A stretch of 64,000 nucleotides of DNA from Somniosus microcephalus (taxonomy: Eukaryota): assembly GCA_052327205.1 (NCBI GenBank), contig CM126207.1:54498001-54562000 (forward strand), written 5' to 3'. The notes under the pieces were generated by a model, which saw nothing but the letters and a program-made list of their open reading frames with translations, searched no databases and had not been told where the DNA came from. The position numbers and the translations under genes were made by a program. Positions 37,845 to 47,878 of the stretch are shown in pieces. Each line of letters begins with the position of its first letter. Position 1 is the first letter of the stretch.

Positions 37845-40800
37845 ATGCCTAAGCGAGGGAATATTAATGACTTTAATTCGGAAATAGAAGACTGGGCCAC
37901 GTACGTGGAACGCATAGAAATCTATTGCGAAGCCAACAAAATAGAGGAAGACGACAAGGCGATAACATTGCTAAACTCGATGGGGGCAAAAACATACGGG
38001 CTCTTGAAGCATCTAATAGCACCAAATAAACCAGCGGATCAGACCTTCGAAGAGATTGTGGCTGTGCTGAAGGACCATTTGAACCCCACACCGCTGATGC
38101 TGGCTGAACGATTCAAATTCTACGCAAGAACGCAGAAGAAAGACGAAAGCAATGCGGAATACTTGGTCGAACTGCGTAGGCTAGCGAAATACTGCCAGTT
38201 CGGAGGGAATCTGACAGAAGCGCTGCGGGACAAGTTCGTATGCGGATTGTCCAAAGAAGGGACGCAGAAGCGACTACTGGAAGAGAACGACCTCACACTG
38301 GACAGGGCTGTCCTTATAGCTGCATCGCACGAAGCCGCAGCGAAAGGAATGGCGGAAATGCAACTAAAGGCGGCGGCACTCGGGGTGGACCAAATTACTT
38401 CAAGCACAACAAAATGCTACCGTTGTGGGAAGACAACGCATGACCAGAATCAATGCTGGTTTAAGAACCAAGAGTGTAGGAAATGTGGCAAACTGGGTCA
38501 CATCGCGAAGGTATGCCGGTCCGGGAAAAAGACCAATAATCAAAGGAAGCCACCACCAGAAAAGTACAACAAGGTACACAAGGTGGCTGAGAAGAGTTCA
38601 GACGAACAGAATTCAGACTCAGACCCAAACAACCAGGAGCTGGGTAGGCTGAGAATCCACAATGTGGGTAAAGAAACGGATCTACAGGCCATCTGGGTCA
38701 CACTAAAAATAGCTGGAGTCCAAGTAAGAATGGAGCTGGACACTGGATCAGCTCTATCAGTCATCAACCGAAGGGACGACCACCGGCTATTCTCTCACAT
38801 ACCTTTAAGAAATACCAAGTTCGTATTACAGACATACACGGGGCATAACGTATACCCCGTGGGGAAAATAAGAGACAAGGTGAGAGATAGGGGTAAAGAA
38901 CACCCAAGAATGAACTTGTACGTATTACCTGAGGGAGGACCACCACTTCTAGGACGGGAGTGGATTAAGAAAATAGACATGGAATGGCATTACCTAAAAG
39001 CCATAATGAGGGAGGACTCGGTGCAAGCTATTAGCTCAGATTCTGAAATGGATGATGATAAGACCAAGTCGAATATGGAAGACAAGGCTAAAAGGGACTT
39101 GCCGACGGTGGGAAAGAAAACGAAGACATGCAGAAGGACTTATGGTACCAAGAAGAATAAAGCTGCAGAGCAGAACTCCAGGTTGACAGAGAATTCTGAG
39201 CCTGTTCAAGCAAAGGATTCATCCATGACGGAAGAACACCGAGCTCGGACGCAAACTTATGTCAAAGTACGACAACAATTAGAACAGTTGAGTGACCGTC
39301 TCGTACAAGAGATGAAAAATATGGAAAGGTTCTGGGACACCGAATGGGAGAACCTGGAAAGACTACAGAGGCAGCTAGCTCAAGCAGAGAGCGACCATAG
39401 AGCCATCGTGGTCAAATACCAATCACATTCCCCTGATGCTGTTCAGGAACTAGAATATTTACAGAATGAACCAAAGGAAGAGGAATCTTCAGGGAGCCAG
39501 GATTTTATTCCAGTTCTTCTCTACGACTCCTTACAAGCAGAGTGTGAGAAGTTGAAAGAACAGTATGAACAGGCCCAGGCTACAATTCTGGAGGGGGTTA
39601 ACTCGGCAGCCTCCGAAAAGCTAGTTTCAGTAGAAGCATATGAACAACTAAAGGTTGAACATGAGCAAGAAGTCCAAAGGCTGCAGGAAATTCTTGATGA
39701 GCTCAAGGCCAAGACAGACTCATCGGTAGGAGATCCATCCATAGATGAGAAATTAGAGGTGAAAATCATGGCAGAGCATGAAAGACAGGGGGCTAGATTT
39801 TCAGTATAGACAGTTTTGGGGCGCTAACCTTAGCGCCCGCCCGAAGTTAGCGCCCGCCCCAAAGTAGCGCCCCGTTGCCGGAAATTCAGTGGCTTCGCCC
39901 TAAGAGAGTGGTGGAGCGCTAAAAGAGGCATTCCACTCCTACCTTTAGGCGCTAAGCTGGCGGTCCAGAGGGATAGCGCCCAGGCGGGGCGCAGCGCGGG
40001 TGCGGTCATTTTTGCACTGACAGCAGACCCCGTGGTGCCGACCAGCTGTTAAAGGGGGAAGGGACGAATTGGTCTGCTGCCACGCCCTGCACACTGCAGC
40101 CTTGCAAAGAGGCCTCAACACTGCTGCTCAGCCCCAGGGAGTCATGGCAACGCCAGAGAAGGCCCGTCAGCGTGCCCTGCGCTTCTCAGAGGGTGATCTG
40201 GACATAATGGTCACAGCTCTGGAGGTGAGGCGCAAGATCTTGTTTCCAGAGAGTGGGAGGAATCCAACCCACCATGACTACACCAAAGCCTGGAAGCAGA
40301 TCACCCAGAGGGTGACGTTCACCGGCGATGCCCCCAGGACCCACAAACAATGTCGTAAAAAATACAACGATCTGACCAGGATTGTGAAGGTGAGTAGCCT
40401 TTCCAGTCTCCTCCTCATTCTTGCATGTACACCTGACATGATGGGCAAAGGGAGCTGAAAGTCCTATTGGCCAGCCCTCAGCCAGCAGCATTGGGACAGT
40501 CATGAGCATCAAATGGCCATTCGGCACTCTACACTTTGGCCAAGCTATTCCACCATGGGAGGCAGTGCACACTACATCAGGGCTTCACTCTCTCCAAGCT
40601 ATTCCACCATGGGAGGCAGTGCACTCTACATCAGGGCTTCACTCTGTCCAAGCTATTCCACCATGGGAGGCAGTGCACACTACATCAGGGCTTCACTGCG
40701 CACTTACAGCCCGTCCTTTCTCTTGCAGGCTAAAGTAGCGTTTAATCGCCAGGCCCATGCCAGGGGTGGCCGCGCCAAGCTGCAGAAGCTCACTCGGCTG

Positions 40801-43800
40801 GAGGAGCGCGTGTGTGTGCTCATGGGAGCCCGTGTGATTGTCCCCACAGCGTGCGGTGTATCCGACCCTCCACTGCCCGGCAATGGTAAGGACCTCGCCT
40901 TTTGGCCCTCTCGCGTCGCACTGGCCCATCCGAGCTACCTCCTTTGCCACTGTCCCACCAATGCGCTGAATGCCACCAGTCCTAACTCCCTCGCTGACGC
41001 CGTCTCCTCACTCTGAAGCTACTCTTGTGCATTCCTGCTTTCAGCTGGTGACGACCAGGACCCTGAAGCTGCCAGTGACAGCACCTCCGACCAGGAGGAG
41101 GAGGAGGAGCAAGCCGGACCTTCGGGGGAACAGTCACGTCCCACAGGAGAGGAGGAAATGCTTGACACCTCCTCACTGGACGAGTGCCTGGAGGAACTGT
41201 CGCAGGGCAATGCAGCTTCTGGGACCAGTGGCGTCCAGCCACCCAGGAGCCGTGCGCGTGGCCCGCGGCCTTCCCCCCAAAGGGGGGAAGGATCAGAGGG
41301 GAGTGCTGCTACTCGGCACACTCGCCGCCACCAACGCGGCAAGGGTCCCCTAGTTTGGCCCCCTCCTCCCCAGCGGGAGAGTCGCGACTCCAGTCCGGAC
41401 ACCTTCACTTCGGAGGAGGTGCGGAAGCTGGATAAGATGGCCGAGGACTCGGACCGGCGCCACACGGAGCTCATGAGCGTGGTGGGGTGCATGCCTGAGG
41501 CCATCGAGTCGCTGGCGACCAGTGTGCGCGAGTTCGGGGCAGCAACTGCCGCGAGTGGCCGCATGCTGACTGATGCCGTCAAGACCCTGGCGGCTGTGAT
41601 GCGCGCGCACACCAGGACCACAGGGGCACTCACTGCTGCCACACGCGCTGTCTCAGGCAGGCATCGCCAGGGCAGCCGCCGCGCTGGACCATCCCAGCAA
41701 GCCGCCCCTCGGCTGATTGCTGCGAATCCTGCAGTGCGGGCCCGGCCGAGTGCCACCGCGCCACAGCACCAGCCAGCGCATCCCAGACGCCAGCTGGCCC
41801 ACATTGCGCCATCCGTCGCCGCCATTCCCCCACTGGGGCATCAAGGGCAAGCGGCTGCAGCTGATGGTGGCCAGGCTCAGGTGCGCCACTCAGCAGACGG
41901 CCCCTCGAGGCCCAAACGCCGTGTAGGCTGCCCCCCAGCGGCATCTGGTGGAAGGGCATCTGAGCCTCAGGCGCCTTCCCCCAGCCTCGCAGCAGCCACT
42001 GGGCAGAGCTTGCGAAGGAGCAGCAGGCCGGGCAGGGGAGGCAAAAGGCTGGCCAAGGTCTCGCCCTCGCGGGCCACTCAGTAGAGGGTGTGGGCAGCTT
42101 TCCTTTAATATGGCGGTGGCCATCTTTATTTTGCCCATGGTTGTGTTGTTGGAGGGCTTATTTTTTGCGTTAGGCCGACGTTGAGGCCCGGTTTGAAGAA
42201 AGGTGGAGTGACTCCTCCCCAGTTTGTGGGAGTGAGTCGTTTATTGGGCTTTTTGTGGGGCCCGTTTATTGTTTTTGGGGATTCATGTGGGAAGGGCTTT
42301 TCATTTTTGTGCAATAAAAAATTATCTTTATTCATGCAGTCTCCATGGTTGTTCTTCTTAGTGTTTGTTGGCTCCGCCGGCTGAGGGCTTGCGGAGCGGC
42401 TGCATTCATCTTCCCTCATGGCCCCTGGCCATTCCCTGACAGGGGGCTTAGAAGTACCGTGTAATAAGGTGGCGTCGTGCGGCCCTTGGCCCTGGTCGCT
42501 CCCTCCTGGGAACGTACTCCTCCTCCTCCTCCTCCTCCTCATGCTCCTCCTGCTCCTCCGCCTGAGGTGCAGGTCCAACGTCAGGAGGCAGTGCCTGAGT
42601 CCTGCGGATAGCCAGGTTGTGTAGCATGCAGCAAACCACCACAAATTGGGAGACCCGGTCCGGCGAATACTGGAGAGCTCCTCCGGAGCGATCAAGGCAG
42701 CGGAACCGCTGCTTGAGGACCCCAATAGTTAGCTCGATGATGTTGCGGGTGGTTTGATGGCTCTCGTTGTAGGCCTCTTCAGCAGCGGTCCTGGGCGCGC
42801 GGAGCGGGGTCATGAGCCAGGTGCACAAAGGATAGCCTTTGCCCCCGATGAGCCATCCTCTTGGGGGAGGCTGTGCTTGGAACATGTCATGCACAGTACT
42901 CTGCCGCAGGATAAAGGCATCGTGGCTGCTGCCTGGGAAGCTGGCATTGACTGCCACGATGCGCTGCTTGTGGTCACATACCAGCTGCACATTCAGAGAA
43001 TGGTAGCCCTTCCTGTTGCGATACTGCTCGCCATGCTCCAGAGGGGCCCGCAAAGCCACATGCGTACAATCAATGGCGCCCTGCACCAAGGGGAATTCCC
43101 CGAGTCTGGCAAATCCCAATGCGCGCTGATGCTGGCTCTCGAGGGCCATGGGGAAGGAGATGAATTGGCTTCTCCTTCTGAACAGTGCTTCGGTCACCTG
43201 GTGGATGCAGCGATGCGCGCCGTACTGGGAGATGTTTGCTATGTCCCCAGCAGCGTATTGGAAGGAGCCGGTGGCATAGAAGTTCAATGCCACCGTCACC
43301 TTCACTTCCACCGACAGAGACGTCCTGCACCTGAGCTTTGGCCGCAGATCTCGGCGAAGCAGGTGGCAGATCTCTGCAATCACCTCCTTTCGGAATCGGA
43401 GCCTTTTAACACATCGCGCGGCACTCATGTTTAGGTAGGAGCGCTGCTGGCGGTATAGCCTGACTGGGTAAGGCCTACGTGGCCGACGCCTGTAGCCCCC
43501 TCTGCCTCTAGCCAGGGCTGCCCCTCTCACAATGCGTCTGCGAGCCCTACGGACATGGCGCTGCAGCTCCGCGTTGGCACCCCATGCAGGCCCCATCAAA
43601 TCCTGGCAAACAGTCTAATTTCCAAATGGCCACTTGCAGCGCTATGGCCTGAGTCCAAAAATACCTGGCTCTTGCTGCTTGAAACCAGTTAGCTATCCTC
43701 CTTGTTGTGTCTCCAGAAATGCGTTGCACAAGACTGTTTTCTGAAAAAAGGCTGGCCTTTATACTGGAGAGGACGTTCCCTTTAATTAGCGCCCCCCGGG

Positions 43801-45036
43801 GCCCGCGCTGGTTGTGTTGCGTTCCTTTTTCCAAACGCTCCGGCCGCCCGCCGCACAATGGGGCGGTCCGACTGAAGTTTGGAATCGGGGCGGCCAACGG
43901 GCGTTGCACGAGGATGTGACGTCATTTTCTGCGCGCGCATCCGGGCGGGCGCTAAACTTTGCGCCGGCGCTAACGGGCAACTTAATTTGGGGCGGGGCGC
44001 AAACTGCGCTGCGCCCGGGCGCTACACGCATAGCGCCCGGAAATCACTTCTCTTAAGGCGCTAACTGCTGGCGCAAGCGACTGAAAATCTAGCCCAGGAT
44101 GTCCAAGAACTTATAAAAACATTGAAGGACACCCAAGACAAATATAAGGCGGCAATGACCGAGGTTCAACAACTTGAAGAACAGATTCAACTGGGAATCC
44201 TTTCAGTGGAAGAACAGGACACTGTAAGAATGGTCCCTGAACATGAACTAGAGAGCATCAGGGCGCAACTTTTCCGAGCGCTGAAAGCCAAAGTTCAAGA
44301 GGAACGTAAGGTGGAAGTATTGGAGAAAGAGGTGGAGGAAATGGAGAAGACTCTGATCCACCGTGTTCCCAGGGAAGAGTTAACGGTCAGCCAACTCCTT
44401 CATATGCTGAAGGACAAGACTCTGCAAGGGGAACAATCTGAACACGAGCTTCAATCTTCAGGGGGAACGAGTTCGGAGCTCTCAAAAGTCACGGAGATAG
44501 CTGAGGTGGCAACACAAATTTTACAAGGATGCCAAAAGTACGTTGAATCACGTCAAGGTGAACAGAAGAATGTGGAAACCGTTACTTCAGTAGAAGGGTT
44601 AAATAGCCTGATAACGCAATTACCGATGGAAAGGAAGGTATTGAACTCACAAACGAGGTCCGTCGTGAAGGAATGGCAGATAACCCAGGAAGAGTGGGAT
44701 GAATATGAATGCATGAAGAAGGCTTTTCAAGAAAGATGTTTAGGGAAGGAACCACCGTCAGCTAACGTCCAGACGGGTGAGGAGGAAGAAGAAGTCTCTC
44801 TTGCTGGCCTAACTCAGGACGAACCCGAATATTACCATGACCTGTTGAGTGACACTGAATATTACGAGGATGTGGTCTGCCCAGCTTGTGATGAAAACTC
44901 TCAAAGTGCTGAAATCCGGAGGAAGCACTTAAGGTCTAAGGAACATAGAGAGTTGGTGGCGCTACAGCTGGCAGCCGAGAAAGGAGCTCCGAGAGTTTCA
45001 AAAAGGCAGAAAAGAAAAAGAAGAAGCAGAAGATAA
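37845..45036 (+). CDS. Gag, two zinc knuckles, aspartic protease, coiled-coil and C2H2 zinc-finger fusion; 960 aa after removing the nested Harbinger (37845-39789 plus 44099-45036)
   Basis: Gag motifs (EDWATYVER, AERFKF, LRDKFVCGL), CYRCGKTTH/CRKCGKLGH, protease MELDTGS...PLLGREW. The in-frame join reads ...HERQ-DVQELIKTLKD.... Confidence 0.88.
40144..42084 (+). CDS. Harbinger Myb/SANT-like DNA-binding protein; predicted exons 40144-40389, 40729-40885 and 41045-42084 (480 aa)
   Basis: RALRFSE...W..I...RT..QCRKKYNDL. GT-AG introns (GTGAGT/TTGCAG and GTAAG/TTTCAG) give a 1443-nt in-frame CDS with no internal stop. Confidence 0.85.
40541..40698. repeat. 54-bp tandem repeat x3 in intron 1 of the Myb-like gene
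   Basis: CAAGCTATTCCACCATGGGAGGCAGTGCAC... at 40541, 40595 and 40649. Confidence 0.9.
42448..43599 (-). CDS. Harbinger (HARBI1-like) DDE transposase, about 383 aa; the GDKGY motif reads GGKGY
   Basis: [73 protein letters not shown]. Confidence 0.93.
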   Translation of the reverse strand: MMGPAWGANAELQRHVRRARRRIVRGAALARGRGGYRRRPRRPYPVRLYRQQRSYLNMSAARCVKRLRFRKEVIAEICHLLRRDLRPKLRCRTSLSVEVKVTVALNFYATGSFQYAAGDIANISQYGAHRCIHQVTEALFRRRSQFISFPMALESQHQRALGFARLGEFPLVQGAIDCTHVALRAPLEHGEQYRNRKGYHSLNVQLVCDHKQRIVAVNASFPGSSHDAFILRQSTVHDMFQAQPPPRGWLIGGKGYPLCTWLMTPLRAPRTAAEEAYNESHQTTRNIIELTIGVLKQRFRCLDRSGGALQYSPDRVSQFVVVCCMLHNLAIRRTQALPPDVGPAPQAEEQEEHEEEEEEEEYVPRRERPGPRAARRHLITRYF

Positions 45037-45447
45037 TAACTGTCTAAAATATTAGCACTTCTACCATTCCAGGCGGGACATTACGAAAGGAGCTAAATTA
45101 GTTGAAAAACTGGAAAATGTCAAGACAGCCAGTTGGTTGTAAAGGTCCGCACTGCTGGTTCAACAGGACGAAGGTTCAAGCTGTTACGTCAAGAAAAAGG
45201 CTATGGAGGAGTCACACTAGCCAGGTAATCCGGCTACACCAAAGAAATGTTGTTCGGAACGAGTCAAGATCAGAGACTGAATCTATGAACTGTTTCCGCA
45301 GAGACTGAACCTGTGAACTGTTTCCACCGAGTTTATATTTGTAAATTGTTTTATATGACATTGACTCCACCGAGATTATGTCTGTAATTTGTTTTATAGG
45401 AAGTTGAAGATATGTATGTTTAACGGGGACTCTGTAAGTAATGAGCT

Positions 45448-45460
45448 AAAAAGGGAGGAT
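45448..45460 (+). promoter_or_regulatory. Polypurine tract
   Basis: AAAAAGGGAGGAT immediately before the 3' LTR. Confidence 0.8.
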
Positions 45461-45716
45461 TGTAGTGTATGTACCCGTCTATCTTTAAGGGAACTATTGA
45501 ATGTAACCGTTCACCTTTAAGGGAACTACTTTAGGTATGGCACTATTTGTTTGGCTTCTGTATACTGTAATACCGATAGTGACCACACCAGTATATAAGT
45601 GTTGTGCCAGGAGTTATTGGGCAGATTCGCCCGGACCTTCGAATAGTAAAGACCTGTTTTGTTTGTTACTTCTGAAGTCTGTGTATTTATTAACTGCACA
45701 ACCCACAGACTTTACA

Positions 45717-47070
45717 AACAACAAGTTGCCTTTATATAGTGGTGTAAAAAGACTACTGAGCGATTGGTTTGAGTATAAGACAAGGCTTTAATGAACTGTT
45801 TCAAAACCATGAGATTTTAGTTACATCACTAGTTCCTGGTTACAGAAACATCCTGAGCAAGCTGGGCCCACGCCCGAATATTTATACTCCTTGGATGGTG
45901 CCACCAGCTGGCCACCCAGTGTTACTTCATGAGCCATTTCTTCATAAATGATAAGATTCATGACATATAACACCTTTAACTTGGTAAAATGTCCTGAGGC
46001 ACTTCACATGAACGTTATCAAACAAGATTTGACACTGAGCCACATAAGGAGATATTGGGACAGGTGACCAAAAGCTTGTCAGAGGCAGGGGGAGAAATTC
46101 ATTATAGCCCTGCTTGGGGCTCTAAATTTTAAAAGTTTGGAAAATTAGCGGCAGGTGCTAATGATTCTAGACTTTAAAAAAATTTGCCGTTTGCGCTCCA
46201 GGAAGGAAGTGGAGTGCTCAACCAAGCCGTCCAGCGCTGCCGCGTTCAAAGGCTCCTTCTCTCCCTTAAAGGGAAGGGCCATCGCTGCAGGCTCTGCAAT
46301 TTAAAAATTACCTACCTGGACCATCAAGGCAGCCGTGATCCAGCGTGATCAGCCCGGCACACAAGCAGAGTGCTGGGCTGATCGATCGCAGACAGGAAGC
46401 TGTGAGAAAAAGCGGAACAACAAAGGTAAGTTTTTTTTACTTACCTCGGCCACCTCGCCTTTAATCATCGCCCCCAAAGCGGCCGGCCGCCTGATGCTCG
46501 CCTCCTGCAGCTGTCGGTGTTTTCGCCCGGCGCTGCTGCAGGGGGCGGAAGTCAATTTCGGTTCCAGGGCGATGCGCAAGGTGAATACGTCACAATTCCT
46601 GGGTGAAGGCGATCGGGGCACAATGCCGTAGTGCCGCCGGGGGCACTAACTGGAGGCACAAAGGCACCCAATTTTGCCCCCATAGGTTTTAAAGAGCATC
46701 TTAAAGGAGGAGAGCGAGGTAGAGAAGTGGAGAGGTTTAGTGAGGAAATTCCAGAGCTTAGGGCCTAGACAGCTGAAGGCACGGCCGCCAATGGTGGAGC
46801 AAATAAATTTGGGATGCGCAAGAGACCAGAATTGAAGGAGCGCAGAGATTTTGGAGGGTTGTAGGGCTGGGAAGGTTACAGTGATAGGGAAGGGCGAGGC
46901 CATGGAGGGATTTGAAAATGAGGATGAGAATTTTAAAATCAAGACGTTGCCGGTCCGGGAACCAATGTAGGTCAGCGAGCACAGGGCTAATGGGTGAATG
47001 GGACATAAGGGCTCAAATTTACGGAGGGTGCAAGGTAGGAGGTTGGCCAGGAAAGCATTGGAATAGTCAA
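45717..47070 (-). mobile_element. L2-type LINE 3' fragment; its tail at 36399-36404 and 45717 onward was split by the LTR element
   Basis: Minus-strand ORF fragments RLDYSNAFL, SPVLADLHW..QRLDFKIL, GGRAFS..GPKLWN are typical of the L2 ORF2 C-terminus. Confidence 0.75.
46088..46681. mobile_element. Harbinger-type MITE inside the L2 fragment
   Basis: Ends GGGGGAGAAATT...AATTTTGCCCCC; TSD degenerate; similar to the MITEs at 1358 and 34424. Confidence 0.7.
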
Positions 47071-47551
47071 GTCTATAATACTCTGGTCGAACCATACCTT
47101 GATTACTGCATCCAGTTGTGTTCAAGAAGAAATGAGATACATTCAAGTGCTGGAGTCTATGCAGACGAGAGTCACGAGGTTGCTCCTCAATGTCAGGTGT
47201 CTGATTTGTGAGGAAAGACTGGTAGAATTGGGCTTTTCAGCCTTGAAAGGAGGAGTCTGACAGGTGATCTTATTTAAAGTAACATTACCTTAATGTTACT
47301 TTAAATTAAACTGCCTGAGTAGGACAAGTGGACATAGGTTCAAACTAGTAAAAAGTAATTTTAGGACTGATCTCAGGAAATTCTTCTTCACATGTGGAAT
47401 GATCTTCCAGATAGAACATTGCCAGAGTCATGGGAAGCCCTCCCCAAGGCGCACCAACGTCAAAGTTTCCATGGGCATGGGGCAGGCAGGTGCCAGAGAT
47501 GCATCCATGGTGGCACTTGAGCCCACCTGTCCCTTGCTTTGAATTAGATTA

Positions 47552-47878
47552 CAGGAAACTTTCTGGTATCCGGCACTGACGGGACTGAGCTGGTGCCGGT
47601 CGATCAACACTGCCGGAGAAACCAGCGCTAATGTTAAAACATATGGAGCTTCTGAGCTCCGTATCTAGCAACAAACCCTTCAAAACAGCTTCAAAACAGT
47701 CGGCGCAGCTTGTAAGTGTCTCTGTAGCTAAGCAACAGCTTCAGCTAGAAGCTTGCAGAGCCAGGAATGGAGAAAAAAAGCAACGAAAAGTAAAAAAAGT
47801 TATCGAACCGACTCCTGAATTTTGCCGGTGGATAGAGCATTCCGGAGATTTAACCTCCGTTTAAACGAAAGTTTCCTG
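47552..47878. mobile_element. Tc1/mariner-type MITE
   Basis: TIR CAGGAAACTTTC/GAAAGTTTCCTG flanked by TA. The empty site aligns without gaps to the reverse complement of about 26580-26605. Confidence 0.75.

Larger units (their letters stand above)
39790..44095. mobile_element. Near-intact two-gene PIF/Harbinger transposon (4.3 kb)
   Basis: Perfect 16-bp TIR GGGCTAGATTTTCAGT, 3-bp TSD AGG (39787-39789/44096-44098), convergent Myb and transposase genes. Confidence 0.95.
36405..45716 (+). mobile_element. Young non-autonomous Gypsy-derived LTR retroelement (Gag-protease-cargo, no RT or integrase)
   Basis: LTRs 36405-36660 and 45461-45716 (256 bp, 1 mismatch), TG...CA ends, TSD AACAA, PBS and PPT present. 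Confidence 0.95.

Noticed and set aside
40541-40698. Regularly spaced repeats resembling a CRISPR array (also 37150-37780)
   Set aside because: They are head-to-tail tandem repeats without unique spacers, there are no cas genes, and the context is eukaryotic.
42448-43599. Domesticated host HARBI1 gene
   Set aside because: It is bounded by perfect TIRs and a TSD, paired with a Myb-like gene, and inserted in another element.
44122-45036. Independent host gene or exon (ANKRD24- or DNAJC21-like)
   Set aside because: It lies between matched LTRs and is in frame with Gag after the Harbinger is removed; its annotated start is a TTG.
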